Positions 6,845 to 15,094 of a stretch of 35,336 nt of DNA are shown piece after piece (within the stretch, counting starts at the first letter, position 1; every line of letters starts with the position of its first letter). Position numbers and translations under genes: made by a program. The notes beneath the pieces were generated by a model that had not been told where the DNA came from, ran no database searches, and saw only the letters and a list, made by a program, of their open reading frames with translations. Source of the stretch: a virus. Where the stretch lies: UHGV virus genome UHGV-0373725; one strand, written 5' to 3'.

Positions 6845-7837
6845 ATGAATATTTTGCCATTACTCGACAGGCCGATCGCCTTCCAGCGCAGTTTTATTCG
6901 TCTGGATATTGGTGTGACGGCTGCGCTGTTTCTATCACAAATGACCTACTGGACTAACCGGTCCGACGATGACGGATGGGTGTATAAAACTCAGGAAGAA
7001 TGGGAAGAAGAAACCGGCCTTTCCCGCTATGAGCAGGAGGGGGCGCGTAAGAAACTCCGCTCAATTGGTGTACTACTGGAAAAAAGAAAAGGCGTTCCTG
7101 CGCGACTTTTCTACAAAGTAGATAATAACGTTTTATATCAGGTGCTTGCAGCTGCAAACAAGAATGCGGAAAAACCACATACTGGAATGCGGAAAACCAC
7201 CAAACAAGTCAGGGGAAAACCAGCAAACTTTCTTACAGAGAATACTACAGAGAATATATATACCCCTAACCCCTTAGAGGAGGAAGGCGTTGAGTTAATT
7301 CTTTCTGATGCACAAAAAGCGCTGGAATTTTACAACGAGCAAACCGGTACCCGCTGCCGTGACCTGAAACCGTTTGTGATGATGCTGACGCCGACCACCA
7401 CCCGGGAAGGGTACACACTGGACGAATTGCAGTTAGTTATCCGCTGGGTGCTGGCCACATGGCGCCGCCGTGGCGATAGCCTGCCGAAGCCAGCGAACAT
7501 CTGCCGGGTAAACCGCTTTGATGGTTATCTCGCTGACGCTGAAGCATGGGCGGTGACCGAAACCGATATTGATCCGGAAGCCGTTATGAACGGCTACAAC
7601 GAAATTTTTGCTGATGTTCTGCCCGCTGCTGAATTGGACACAGACCGCCGCCGGATGATCACCCGTCTGGCCGCCCATATGAAAAACAAAACCACGGGCG
7701 CATTTCTGGGCTATTTCGAAAAATTCCGCGCTGACGCCTCCGATTTTTACTTTGGTGAAAATGGCGGATGGCGCGCCAGCTTTGACTACCTGATGAAGCC
7801 TGAAACATTGCGTAAAACTCGTGAGGGATCGCTATGA
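6845..7837 (+). CDS. Phage replisome organiser / replication initiation protein (O-like, tentative)
   Basis: 330 aa; position immediately upstream of the helicase gene with ATGA overlap; N-terminal winged-helix-like region. Confidence 0.55.
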   Translation: MNILPLLDRPIAFQRSFIRLDIGVTAALFLSQMTYWTNRSDDDGWVYKTQEEWEEETGLSRYEQEGARKKLRSIGVLLEKRKGVPARLFYKVDNNVLYQVLAAANKNAEKPHTGMRKTTKQVRGKPANFLTENTTENIYTPNPLEEEGVELILSDAQKALEFYNEQTGTRCRDLKPFVMMLTPTTTREGYTLDELQLVIRWVLATWRRRGDSLPKPANICRVNRFDGYLADAEAWAVTETDIDPEAVMNGYNEIFADVLPAAELDTDRRRMITRLAAHMKNKTTGAFLGYFEKFRADASDFYFGENGGWRASFDYLMKPETLRKTREGSL

Positions 7838-9222
7838 CTCCGCAGGAACTGGAATCTTGTGTACTGGCTGGACTGCTGAACGGTGGAGCAAGTCCGGACG
7901 CTTTCGACGTGATCGCATCGACGCCTGAAGAATCATTCAGCATTGTTTTTCATCGTCGCGCCTTCTCGGAAATCAAAAAACAGGCGTTGACGAACGGTCT
8001 GATCGATATGCTGTTTGTCAGTGAGGCTCTGGGAGGGAGTAGCCTGGCTGATTTATCAGAGATTTCGCGTATGCCCGCCACGGTACCAAACCTGAAAGGT
8101 TACGCCGGGAAAATGGTGAAGGCGTGGCGCAGCCGCCGTATGGCTGAATTACTGCAAAATGGTGCTGATGGTATCCGCCAGGCGAATAATCAGGAGCAGC
8201 GCGATGAGATTGTCGAAACTGCCGTGGCGCAGCTGCTGGACATGACCGGCGACACTGGCGACGTGCAGCCGGTACACATGAGCGAATTATTGCCGGTGTA
8301 CATGGAAACCATGCAGAAGCGCATGGACGGCGAAGAGGGTACTCGCAACCTGAAAACCGGGATCGAGGAACTTGACGATGCGACCGGCGGAATCAACCTG
8401 CAGGATTTGATTGTCGTCGCTGGGCGTCCGGGCATGGGAAAAACAGAATTTGCGCTGAAGATTGTCGATGGTGTTACCGCTGCTGGCGGTGGCGCGTTGA
8501 TATTCAGCATGGAAATGGCCGCTGCGCAAATCGTAGAACGCGCTCTAGCGGGTTCTGGCAACATGTCAGTGTCACGCCTGCGTAATCCCCTCGATATGCA
8601 GGACGAGGACTGGGCGCGCTTTACAGCGGCCATGGAGACCATGAACGGGCGCGATATCTGGATCGTTGATGCTACCGATCTGACGATTGAGCAAATCCGC
8701 GCCGTTGCCGAAACGCATAAGCGCCGGTATCCGCATCTGGCGATGATCGTTGTCGATTACCTTGGCCTGATTAAAAAACCGAAGGCAGAGCGTAACGACC
8801 TCGCGATCGCCCACATATCCCGAAACTTAAAAACTATGGCTATGCGCCTGCATACGCCGACGTTCGCGCTTAGCCAGCTTTCCCGCGCCGTGGATTCCCG
8901 CCCGGCGGCCCAGCGCCGCCCGGTCATGTCAGACCTGCGCGATTCCGGTTCCATTGAGCAGGACGCCGACAGCATCATGTTTCTGTACCGCGATGAGGTT
9001 TACAACCCGGAAAGCCCGGCGGCTGGCGTCGCTGAAATTATCCTGGGTAAAAGCCGCTTCAGCGCCGCAGGCGCAATTATTTATCAGGAATTTAAAAACG
9101 GACACTTTCTGTCAATGGATCAGCATGTTGGCAAAGAGAAAACACGTATCCAACTGGAGGCCGCGAAACCCCGGAAACAACCCCGTAAATACTCAGAGAA
9201 ATTCAATACCGATGCATTTTAA
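7834..9222 (+). CDS. Replicative DNA helicase, DnaB family
   Basis: Walker A GRPGMGKT; DnaB C-terminal motifs (SQLSRAVDSR, DLRDSGSIEQDADSIMFLYRDE). Confidence 0.9.
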   Translation: MTPQELESCVLAGLLNGGASPDAFDVIASTPEESFSIVFHRRAFSEIKKQALTNGLIDMLFVSEALGGSSLADLSEISRMPATVPNLKGYAGKMVKAWRSRRMAELLQNGADGIRQANNQEQRDEIVETAVAQLLDMTGDTGDVQPVHMSELLPVYMETMQKRMDGEEGTRNLKTGIEELDDATGGINLQDLIVVAGRPGMGKTEFALKIVDGVTAAGGGALIFSMEMAAAQIVERALAGSGNMSVSRLRNPLDMQDEDWARFTAAMETMNGRDIWIVDATDLTIEQIRAVAETHKRRYPHLAMIVVDYLGLIKKPKAERNDLAIAHISRNLKTMAMRLHTPTFALSQLSRAVDSRPAAQRRPVMSDLRDSGSIEQDADSIMFLYRDEVYNPESPAAGVAEIILGKSRFSAAGAIIYQEFKNGHFLSMDQHVGKEKTRIQLEAAKPRKQPRKYSEKFNTDAF

Positions 9223-9248
9223 CCGCGCCTGACCAGCGCGATTTAACT

Positions 9249-9263
9249 GAGGAAAGACCAATG
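9249..9263 (+). promoter_or_regulatory. Conserved translation-initiation cassette GAGGAAAGACCAATG, preceded by a CGCGC-ctgacca-GCGCG hairpin
   Basis: Read directly. Confidence 0.6.
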
Positions 9264-9929
9264 ACCACGAATTTAAATTACCCAAAACCAGTAAAACCGG
9301 ATGATGGCTGCAACTGGCTCCCCGTTATTCTCTGGCGCATGAATGCCGGTGCGCGCGCCCGTAGCCGTTCCGTGTTCGTAGCGGCGCCACGTCCGGCCCC
9401 TGTACCAGGCATCACCCCGCAAAAACCGATTAAGCGAGAAATTATCGCCCCTACGGTTTCCGGCCGCAGGCGTAAAACCCACATCGGCACCGTGATTTAT
9501 TCCAGAGGTGAAAAAAGCGTTCGCCTTAGCGAAGGCGCGACTGTCTGGTCTGCTGGCTCAAATGAGCATTTCGATAAAAAAACGGGCCAGCGCGTCGGCA
9601 GTATTGGTCGTCACCGTCTGGTGCTGGAGAGTATCCGCCCATTGCAGGCCAGCGACGCACAACAGGACGCCGGGAGCGTCACCGCGCAGCAACTGGTAGC
9701 CGTGATGAAAGGCAAAACGCTTTCTTACCAGGGCATTCTGGCATTAATCCAGAAGCACTATCCCGATTGTCAGGTGACGACTAAAGAACTTCACGATCGC
9801 GTGTTCGGCATGTTCATGTCGAATTACGTGGGTATCACCCGTCACGACGATATGCCGGTGGTTCACTTCACGCTTAACAGCGTCGATCCCCGTTATTACA
9901 TCGAGTCAGCGAAGAACAAGAGGGCATAA
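9261..9929 (+). CDS. Hypothetical protein (222 aa)
   Basis: ORF with the conserved cassette; basic Pro/Arg-rich N-terminal region; no recognised domain. Confidence 0.55.
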   Translation: MTTNLNYPKPVKPDDGCNWLPVILWRMNAGARARSRSVFVAAPRPAPVPGITPQKPIKREIIAPTVSGRRRKTHIGTVIYSRGEKSVRLSEGATVWSAGSNEHFDKKTGQRVGSIGRHRLVLESIRPLQASDAQQDAGSVTAQQLVAVMKGKTLSYQGILALIQKHYPDCQVTTKELHDRVFGMFMSNYVGITRHDDMPVVHFTLNSVDPRYYIESAKNKRA

Positions 9930-9932
9930 GGC

Positions 9933-10166
9933 ATGGCCGGGCAATCAGATTACTTGCCGCCCGGCTTACCGCTTAATCGCGCCAAATGGCCGCAGGAGTG
10001 CCAGATCAAAGAGCACTACGACATGCGGGCCGCGGCACTCATACGCCAGCTGTTCGAGAAAAAAGTTACTCGACAGGCCATCGTAGAGCAGATTGCAGCG
10101 ACGCCGGAAAGCTACCGGGAGTTTTTCAAAGAACGATTAAATTTTTGGCGGGAGAAGCGGACATGA
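9933..10166 (+). CDS. Hypothetical protein (77 aa)
   Basis: ORF with plausible ribosome-binding site, tightly packed in the operon. Confidence 0.45.
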   Translation: MAGQSDYLPPGLPLNRAKWPQECQIKEHYDMRAAALIRQLFEKKVTRQAIVEQIAATPESYREFFKERLNFWREKRT

Positions 10167-10333
10167 AATTTTCAACACCTGATTTTATGCATTGCAGCCG
10201 CAGGACGCTGATGCTGTTCGTACTCAGTGCAAACGTTGTTGGCTGGATAGTCATTATCGCTCTGATATGGGCTGGATGTGAGGTTGCACAGTGGGCGCTG
10301 GAATGTCTCCGCAGTAGTGGGGTGCTTGCGTGA
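10164..10333 (+). CDS. Small putative membrane protein (56 aa)
   Basis: Internal ATG with GGAGAAG Shine-Dalgarno; one hydrophobic segment (LMLFVLSANVVGWIVIIALIWAG); stop overlaps the next gene's GTG start. Confidence 0.35.
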
Positions 10334-10920
10334 ATAACAAATACACCCTGATTTATGCGGATCCTCCATGGACTTACCGCGACAAAGCCAAAGACGGGGA
10401 ACGCGGCGCCGGGCACAAATACCAGACCATGACTGTGCTCGATATCTGCCGTCTCCCGGTCTGGGAACTGGCCGCTGAAAACTGCCTGCTGGCTATGTGG
10501 TGGGTACCGACTCAGCCGCTGGAGGCGTTGCGAGTAGTCGAGGCGTGGGGCTTCCGTCTGATGACCATGAAAGGCTTTACGTGGAACAAATGCTACAGCC
10601 GGCAGACCGACAAACTGGCCCTTGGAATGGGCCATTTGACCAGGGCGAACAGCGAGGATTGCCTTTTCGCTGTGCAGGGGAAATTACCCGCCCGGATGGA
10701 TGCAGGGATCGTTCAGTCATTCACGGCCCCGCGTCTGGAGCATTCGCGCAAACCGGATATCGTGCGCGAAAAGCTGGTGCAGCTGCTGGGCGATGTGCCG
10801 CGTATTGAGTTATTCGCCCGCCAGTCGTCGCATGGTTTCGACGTGTGGGGCAATCAGTGTGAGTCGCCAGCGGTGGCGCTGCTGCCGGGCATTGCAGAAT
10901 ATATCGGGGAGGTAGCCTAA
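10330..10920 (+). CDS. DNA N6-adenine methyltransferase, MT-A70 family (orphan, no cognate restriction enzyme evident)
   Basis: DPPW catalytic motif (LIYADPPWTY) near the N-terminus; size typical of phage MT-A70 methyltransferases. Confidence 0.85.
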   Translation: MNNKYTLIYADPPWTYRDKAKDGERGAGHKYQTMTVLDICRLPVWELAAENCLLAMWWVPTQPLEALRVVEAWGFRLMTMKGFTWNKCYSRQTDKLALGMGHLTRANSEDCLFAVQGKLPARMDAGIVQSFTAPRLEHSRKPDIVREKLVQLLGDVPRIELFARQSSHGFDVWGNQCESPAVALLPGIAEYIGEVA

Positions 10921-10922
10921 CC

Positions 10923-11153
10923 ATGAAAAACACTATTCAGGATTTAATGAATCACCAGTTCGCCATGCTGGAAACCGTCACCGATCCCAATATCAAAGGC
11001 GACCTGCTTCAGGAAGAGTTATCGAGGGCTAAAGCGGTAGTGGAAATCGTCGGGGTGATGGTCGGTACTTATCGAGTTGCGCTCGACGCCCAGAAGGCTA
11101 TTTATGACGGTACCGCAGGCAATGTACCTAAGATTATGGGGATCGAAAAATGA
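10923..11153 (+). CDS. Hypothetical protein (76 aa)
   Basis: ORF with GGAGG Shine-Dalgarno. Confidence 0.5.
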   Translation: MKNTIQDLMNHQFAMLETVTDPNIKGDLLQEELSRAKAVVEIVGVMVGTYRVALDAQKAIYDGTAGNVPKIMGIEK

Positions 11154-11767
11154 TAGAGAAATACACTCCAGCCCAGGAGTTGTTTATCAAGCAGCATATT
11201 AAAAGCTCCACTGCGCGGGAATTAACTGAAATGTTTAACGCTAAATTTGGTACAAATAAGAGCGTGGGCGCTATTCGTATCTGGTGCAAATCTCATGGGT
11301 TAGGAAAGCAGTTTTTAATTGAGCCGCGCTATTCCGATGAGCAGCTGACTTTCATTTATGCCAATAGGAATCTAACGAATGCTGAACTTACAGAAAGGTT
11401 CAACAGGAGATTCGGTACCGATAAAAAACCTGACAATATCAAGGATGTAAAGATAGCTCGCGGATGGACACGCGAACCTAAAGGCCGGAAACGCATTCTT
11501 CCACAGTACATCACTGTTAATAAAGAGAAAATTAGACTCGATGTATACGTATATGAATGCGTACATGGAAAATTACCGTCTGGTTATTCGGTTATCCATC
11601 TGGATAATGATTTGAATAACAACAATATCAATAATCTACGCGCGGCACCTAAAGAAATACGCCGCCTGTTCTCTGGGGCGGGCTACTCAAAAATGCCGCA
11701 GGTTCTTGCTCCGGCGCTGTATGCACAAGTTATGCTCCGCCATGCAATTAAACGATTATCCAGCTAA
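11150..11767 (+). CDS. HNH homing-type endonuclease with two N-terminal repeated modules
   Basis: HNH-like motif (YECVHGKLP...HLDNDLNNNNINNL); duplicated ~45-aa N-terminal modules; markedly AT-rich compared with flanking genes. Confidence 0.6.
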   Translation: MIEKYTPAQELFIKQHIKSSTARELTEMFNAKFGTNKSVGAIRIWCKSHGLGKQFLIEPRYSDEQLTFIYANRNLTNAELTERFNRRFGTDKKPDNIKDVKIARGWTREPKGRKRILPQYITVNKEKIRLDVYVYECVHGKLPSGYSVIHLDNDLNNNNINNLRAAPKEIRRLFSGAGYSKMPQVLAPALYAQVMLRHAIKRLSS

Positions 11768-11779
11768 CTGAGGTGGTTA

Positions 11780-12118
11780 ATGGCTAAATCATCCGCAGAA
11801 CGTAAAGCCGCGCAGAGGGCGCGGCAATCTGCCGCCGGCAACCGCAAAATTGAGCTGGTTCTCGATACGCAGGAACTGGACATGCTGGCGCATAACTGCG
11901 CCGCCCGGCGTCCGGGGCGTGAACCGTACGAACTGGCCGAGTACATCGCTATGCTGATCCGTCAGGATGATGCGCGGCTTAGTGGCCACATCAAATCGAT
12001 CAGCAAACGTCTGTGTAGAAAATGCGGTGAGACGCTGCCGATCACCTCCTGCCCGTGTGCTGGTGATTCGCAATGCTGGGTAACGCGAGGGTGGCACGAA
12101 ACCAAACTGTCAGCATAG
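11780..12118 (+). CDS. Hypothetical protein with C-terminal zinc-ribbon-like Cys cluster
   Basis: 112 aa; CRKCGETLPITSCPCAGDSQC; Shine-Dalgarno GAGGTGG. Confidence 0.5.
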   Translation: MAKSSAERKAAQRARQSAAGNRKIELVLDTQELDMLAHNCAARRPGREPYELAEYIAMLIRQDDARLSGHIKSISKRLCRKCGETLPITSCPCAGDSQCWVTRGWHETKLSA

Positions 12119-12143
12119 CGAACAACCATACCAGTTAAAACAG

Positions 12144-12170
12144 AACCGTCAGAAATGGCGGTTTTCTTTT
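12144..12170 (+). terminator. Weak terminator-like hairpin with T-rich tail
   Basis: AACCG-tcagaaatgg-CGGTT followed by TTCTTTT. Confidence 0.35.
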
Positions 12171-12300
12171 GAATTCAATCGGATATTTTGAGATTTATTG
12201 TTGATTTTTAACGATTCGTGCTCTTAAAAATTTGCGCTCACTGTCAGTTGGTAGTATATATACTGTAATTTTATACAGTATTGTTGTTGAGGGAGAGGTA

Positions 12301-12492
12301 GTGGTTGATAAGAAAGACGCAGGAGACCTTCTCCCCGACGATGGTGATGTACTGATAACGTGTGAAAATGGGAAGATTAAGAAGACCAGAATTGTCCATT
12401 CCGATGAGCACGTAGCGACACTTAACGCGTTGTTTGAATTAGCTAAATTGACGGGTTATACCATTATCAAACCAGACGGCAATATGCTATAA
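12301..12492 (+). CDS. Small hypothetical protein in an AT-rich island (probable GTG start)
   Basis: GAGGGAGAGG Shine-Dalgarno then GTG; promoter-like TTGCGC-N18-TATATA upstream; low GC. Confidence 0.35.
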   Translation: MVDKKDAGDLLPDDGDVLITCENGKIKKTRIVHSDEHVATLNALFELAKLTGYTIIKPDGNML

Positions 12493-12560
12493 TTACCCCG
12501 TTGGCCTGAACACCCAACACCATGTAATTCTGAACAATTGCTGCGCTAAAGGGGAACCCA

Positions 12561-13157
12561 ATGGCGCAGTATTCTTTTGTAAAAGCACCCGGCGGTGTAT
12601 TAATTCCGGCAACGCCTGACGCCCGCGAATTCTTAGAAAAAAAAGTCCGCATGGGCGGTATTCTGTATGCGGATTTTAAACAGGCAAGGAACTCGGCATT
12701 TCACCGTAAATTTTTTGCCCTCCTGAATCTGGGATTTGATTACTGGCAACCTTCCGGCGGTGCAATATCGCCAGCCGATAAAAAACTGGTTCGGGGTTAC
12801 GTGCAGCTGGTGGCCCACTATGCCGGGCATGGCGACACATTGCAGGAACTGGCGGATCAGTATCTGCGCGATGAGGCAGAAAAACGCGCCGGCAATATCA
12901 GCGCGGTTAAATCGTTTGAAGCTTTCCGTTCCTGGGTAACTATCGAGGCCGGTTTTTATACCGAATACCAGATGCCTGATGGCACCACCCGCAAGGAACC
13001 CAAATCCATATCGTTCGCAAAAATGGACGATGTAGAATTTTCCCAGCTGTACAAATCCGTATTAGACGTCCTCTGGAATTTTATTTTATTCCGCACCTTC
13101 CCTAATCAGCAGGCAGCAGAAAACGCAGCCTCTCAGCTTTTCAGTTATGCGGCCTGA
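12561..13157 (+). CDS. Hypothetical phage protein (198 aa), possibly NinB/Orf-like or DUF1367-like (tentative)
   Basis: Shine-Dalgarno AAGGGG; motif FHRKFFALLNLG loosely resembles the NinB QNRKLWACLG region; family assignment not verified. Confidence 0.5.
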   Translation: MAQYSFVKAPGGVLIPATPDAREFLEKKVRMGGILYADFKQARNSAFHRKFFALLNLGFDYWQPSGGAISPADKKLVRGYVQLVAHYAGHGDTLQELADQYLRDEAEKRAGNISAVKSFEAFRSWVTIEAGFYTEYQMPDGTTRKEPKSISFAKMDDVEFSQLYKSVLDVLWNFILFRTFPNQQAAENAASQLFSYAA

Positions 13158-13167
13158 GGCGGACACT

Positions 13168-13644
13168 ATGAAATTCAATATTCGCTCTCATATCGTCGAG
13201 ATGGATGAGGCCGACGCCTTGATCTTTGTGGGTTACCCCATCCACATCGGCTCGAATGGTTATGCAAAAGTCACCGGCTGGCATTTTGGCAAGGAAAGAT
13301 ACCTTCATCGCGTCATCATGAATGCGGGGCCTCATGATGTTGTAGATCACATTGATGGTAATAAGCTCAACTGCACCCGCTCAAATCTGAGGATCTGCAC
13401 ACAGGCCGACAATACCAAAAATGTGGGCTTGAGGAGTGACAATAGCTCAGGAATTCCGGGAATTTACTGGGTATCCACTCGCCTAAAATGGGCGGCGCAA
13501 ATTTCAGTTGATGGCAGGACCGTTAGTTTAGGCCGCTTTGATGAAATTGCCGATGCTATCAATGCCCGCCGGAAAGCAGAAGATTTGTATTACGGGGAGT
13601 TTGCAGCCAGCAAGGGGGTGCTTTGTGAAAAAGCGCGCCAGTAA
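13168..13644 (+). CDS. HNH endonuclease with AP2-type DNA-binding domain
   Basis: HNH motif (HRVIMN...HIDGNKLNCTRSNLRICTQADNTKN) followed by an AP2-like segment (IPGIYWV...KWAAQISVDGRTVSLGRFDEIADAINARRKAE). Confidence 0.75.
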   Translation: MKFNIRSHIVEMDEADALIFVGYPIHIGSNGYAKVTGWHFGKERYLHRVIMNAGPHDVVDHIDGNKLNCTRSNLRICTQADNTKNVGLRSDNSSGIPGIYWVSTRLKWAAQISVDGRTVSLGRFDEIADAINARRKAEDLYYGEFAASKGVLCEKARQ

Positions 13645-13939
13645 ATCAGATAAGCAATATTTCCAAGATCTCGTTGAGATAGGTTGTATTGTCTGCAAAG
13701 TACACTTCGGCGTGTACTCCGCCCCCGAAATCCATCACATCCGAACCGGTCAGGGCATAGCCCAGCGCGCCGACCACAAAGAAACTCTCCCGCTTTGCCC
13801 GCCACACCACAGAACCGGCGGACACGGCGTAGCTATCCACGCAGGGCAAAAAACATGGGAAGAAAACTACGGCACGGAGACTGAATTGCTCGAACAGGTC
13901 ACTAACGAGATAAAGGAATTACGTCTATGCAGAATTTAA
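13625..13939 (+). CDS. Putative Cys/His-rich zinc-binding phage nuclease (YbcO/Ref-like, tentative)
   Basis: GTG start overlapping the upstream stop; CIVCK...EIHHIRTG...LPLCPPHHR...HGVAIH pattern. Confidence 0.4.
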   Translation: MKKRASKSDKQYFQDLVEIGCIVCKVHFGVYSAPEIHHIRTGQGIAQRADHKETLPLCPPHHRTGGHGVAIHAGQKTWEENYGTETELLEQVTNEIKELRLCRI

Positions 13940-14091
13940 TTCCGTCTCTAAGAGCAGCAGATAACGCTAAAAAATGCGGTTGGCCAGCACGTGCGGAAAG
14001 CATGAAATTCTGTTCAGGCTCCTTTTCCATTCTGGCGGGCGGCGATTTTGCCCTTCTCTATGCTCGCGCACGCGCGCGTTTAGGGGGCTGA
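13927..14091 (+). CDS. Possible small ORF (54 aa), not in the ORF track
   Basis: ATG overlapping the upstream stop (ATGcagaatTTAA) and ending 3 nt before the next start; fills an otherwise empty gap. Confidence 0.3.
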   Translation: MQNLIPSLRAADNAKKCGWPARAESMKFCSGSFSILAGGDFALLYARARARLGG

Positions 14092-14094
14092 ATT

Positions 14095-14391
14095 ATGCCG
14101 CTGGTCGCCACCTTCCGTACAGACTGGTTCAGAGTCATTACCGACCTGACCCGAAAAAATCTCACCACTCAGCAAATCGCCGATGAACTTGGCGTTTCAA
14201 AATCCGCCGTCCTCGGCTGGAAATCTGGATCAGAGCCTCGCCATGGTCACGGTGAAGCGCTGATTGCTCTCTGGTGTCTGGCTACCAGCTCAGACCGTAA
14301 AAAACTCCCCACAGTGCTTTACCGCCAGTGGTGGACGTTCCGCCGCCCTGTTTTTGGTCGGGAAACTGACCAGAAGGGCAACACACAATGA
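14095..14391 (+). CDS. HTH-containing protein, candidate late-gene regulator (function unknown)
   Basis: 98 aa; HTH-like LTTQQIADELGVSKSAVLGW; sits at the junction between the accessory region and the virion module. Confidence 0.5.
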   Translation: MPLVATFRTDWFRVITDLTRKNLTTQQIADELGVSKSAVLGWKSGSEPRHGHGEALIALWCLATSSDRKKLPTVLYRQWWTFRRPVFGRETDQKGNTQ

Positions 14392-14418
14392 CGACTCACT
14401 AATACAGGAGTGAAAAAA

Positions 14419-14859
14419 ATGGTTCGACCGAAAAAAATCGTTGAGATGCCGGGGCAGGAAAAAGCGGCGCCGGAAGAAAAAACGTTCGTTACAGAGGGGC
14501 AGTTAATTACTGCTGAACAGACCGGCGCGCAGCAGCAGGGTAGCGATAGCGACGAACAGACCGTGCAGCAGAATGTTTCAACCCTGCTTGATGGTACTCA
14601 GTTGGCAGAACGTAACGCCATTCTAGCCACACTCAACGCGCAGGGCGCTGCGATCGTTGCCCGCTTCGAAGAGTACGGCTTCACCGACACTATCGGCCAC
14701 CCGCTGACCAACTGTCTCGATTTCCTCAGTCTGGTACGCAAAGCCACTGATGTAAGCACTGGCGGCACAGCGGAGCAGGTGACAAACGAGGAAGGCAAAA
14801 AGCAACCCGTACGCAGTGCGCCGGTATTAACCGAACACGGCTGGCACGTTCCGGGCTAA
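14419..14859 (+). CDS. Hypothetical protein (146 aa), possibly virion-associated
   Basis: AGGAG Shine-Dalgarno 8 nt upstream of the ATG; acidic/Gln-rich; position just before the gp6.7-like and portal genes. Confidence 0.5.
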   Translation: MVRPKKIVEMPGQEKAAPEEKTFVTEGQLITAEQTGAQQQGSDSDEQTVQQNVSTLLDGTQLAERNAILATLNAQGAAIVARFEEYGFTDTIGHPLTNCLDFLSLVRKATDVSTGGTAEQVTNEEGKKQPVRSAPVLTEHGWHVPG

Positions 14860-14869
14860 GGAGAATTTT

Positions 14870-15091
14870 ATGTGTGGTAGCGCACCAAAAGTTGTTCAGT
14901 CAGACCCGCAGGCCGAAGCCGACGCAGCAGCAGACGCAGCGGCCAAAGCTGCGAACGCTGACGCAGCAGCGCGCAAAAAGCGCAAACAGGGATCATCCCT
15001 GCTGGCCAGCGGCGCAGAAGGCGCAACGGATACAGGTTCTTCCCTGCTGTCCACTGGCGCACAGGCCGCAAAAAATACGTTAGGGGCTTAA
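14870..15091 (+). CDS. T7 gp6.7-like small virion protein
   Basis: N-terminus MCGSAPKVV compared with T7 gp6.7 MCFSPKIKT; AAGGAG Shine-Dalgarno; immediately upstream of the portal gene. Confidence 0.45.
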   Translation: MCGSAPKVVQSDPQAEADAAADAAAKAANADAAARKKRKQGSSLLASGAEGATDTGSSLLSTGAQAAKNTLGA

Positions 15092-15094
15092 TTC

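Noticed and set aside
12232-12300. Upstream ATG extension of the small ORF 12301-12492
   Set aside because: The extension (MRSLSVGSIYTVILYSIVVEGE) has no ribosome-binding site and runs through a promoter-like AT-rich segment; the GTG with a GAGGGAGAGG Shine-Dalgarno is the better start.
14391-14412. 11-nt identity to the T7 promoter core (ACGACTCACTA) just upstream of gene 14419-14859
   Set aside because: One base is inserted relative to the T7 consensus, the match does not recur before other late genes, and no T7-type RNA polymerase is encoded in the window; most likely coincidence, though worth re-checking if a phage polymerase is found elsewhere in the prophage.
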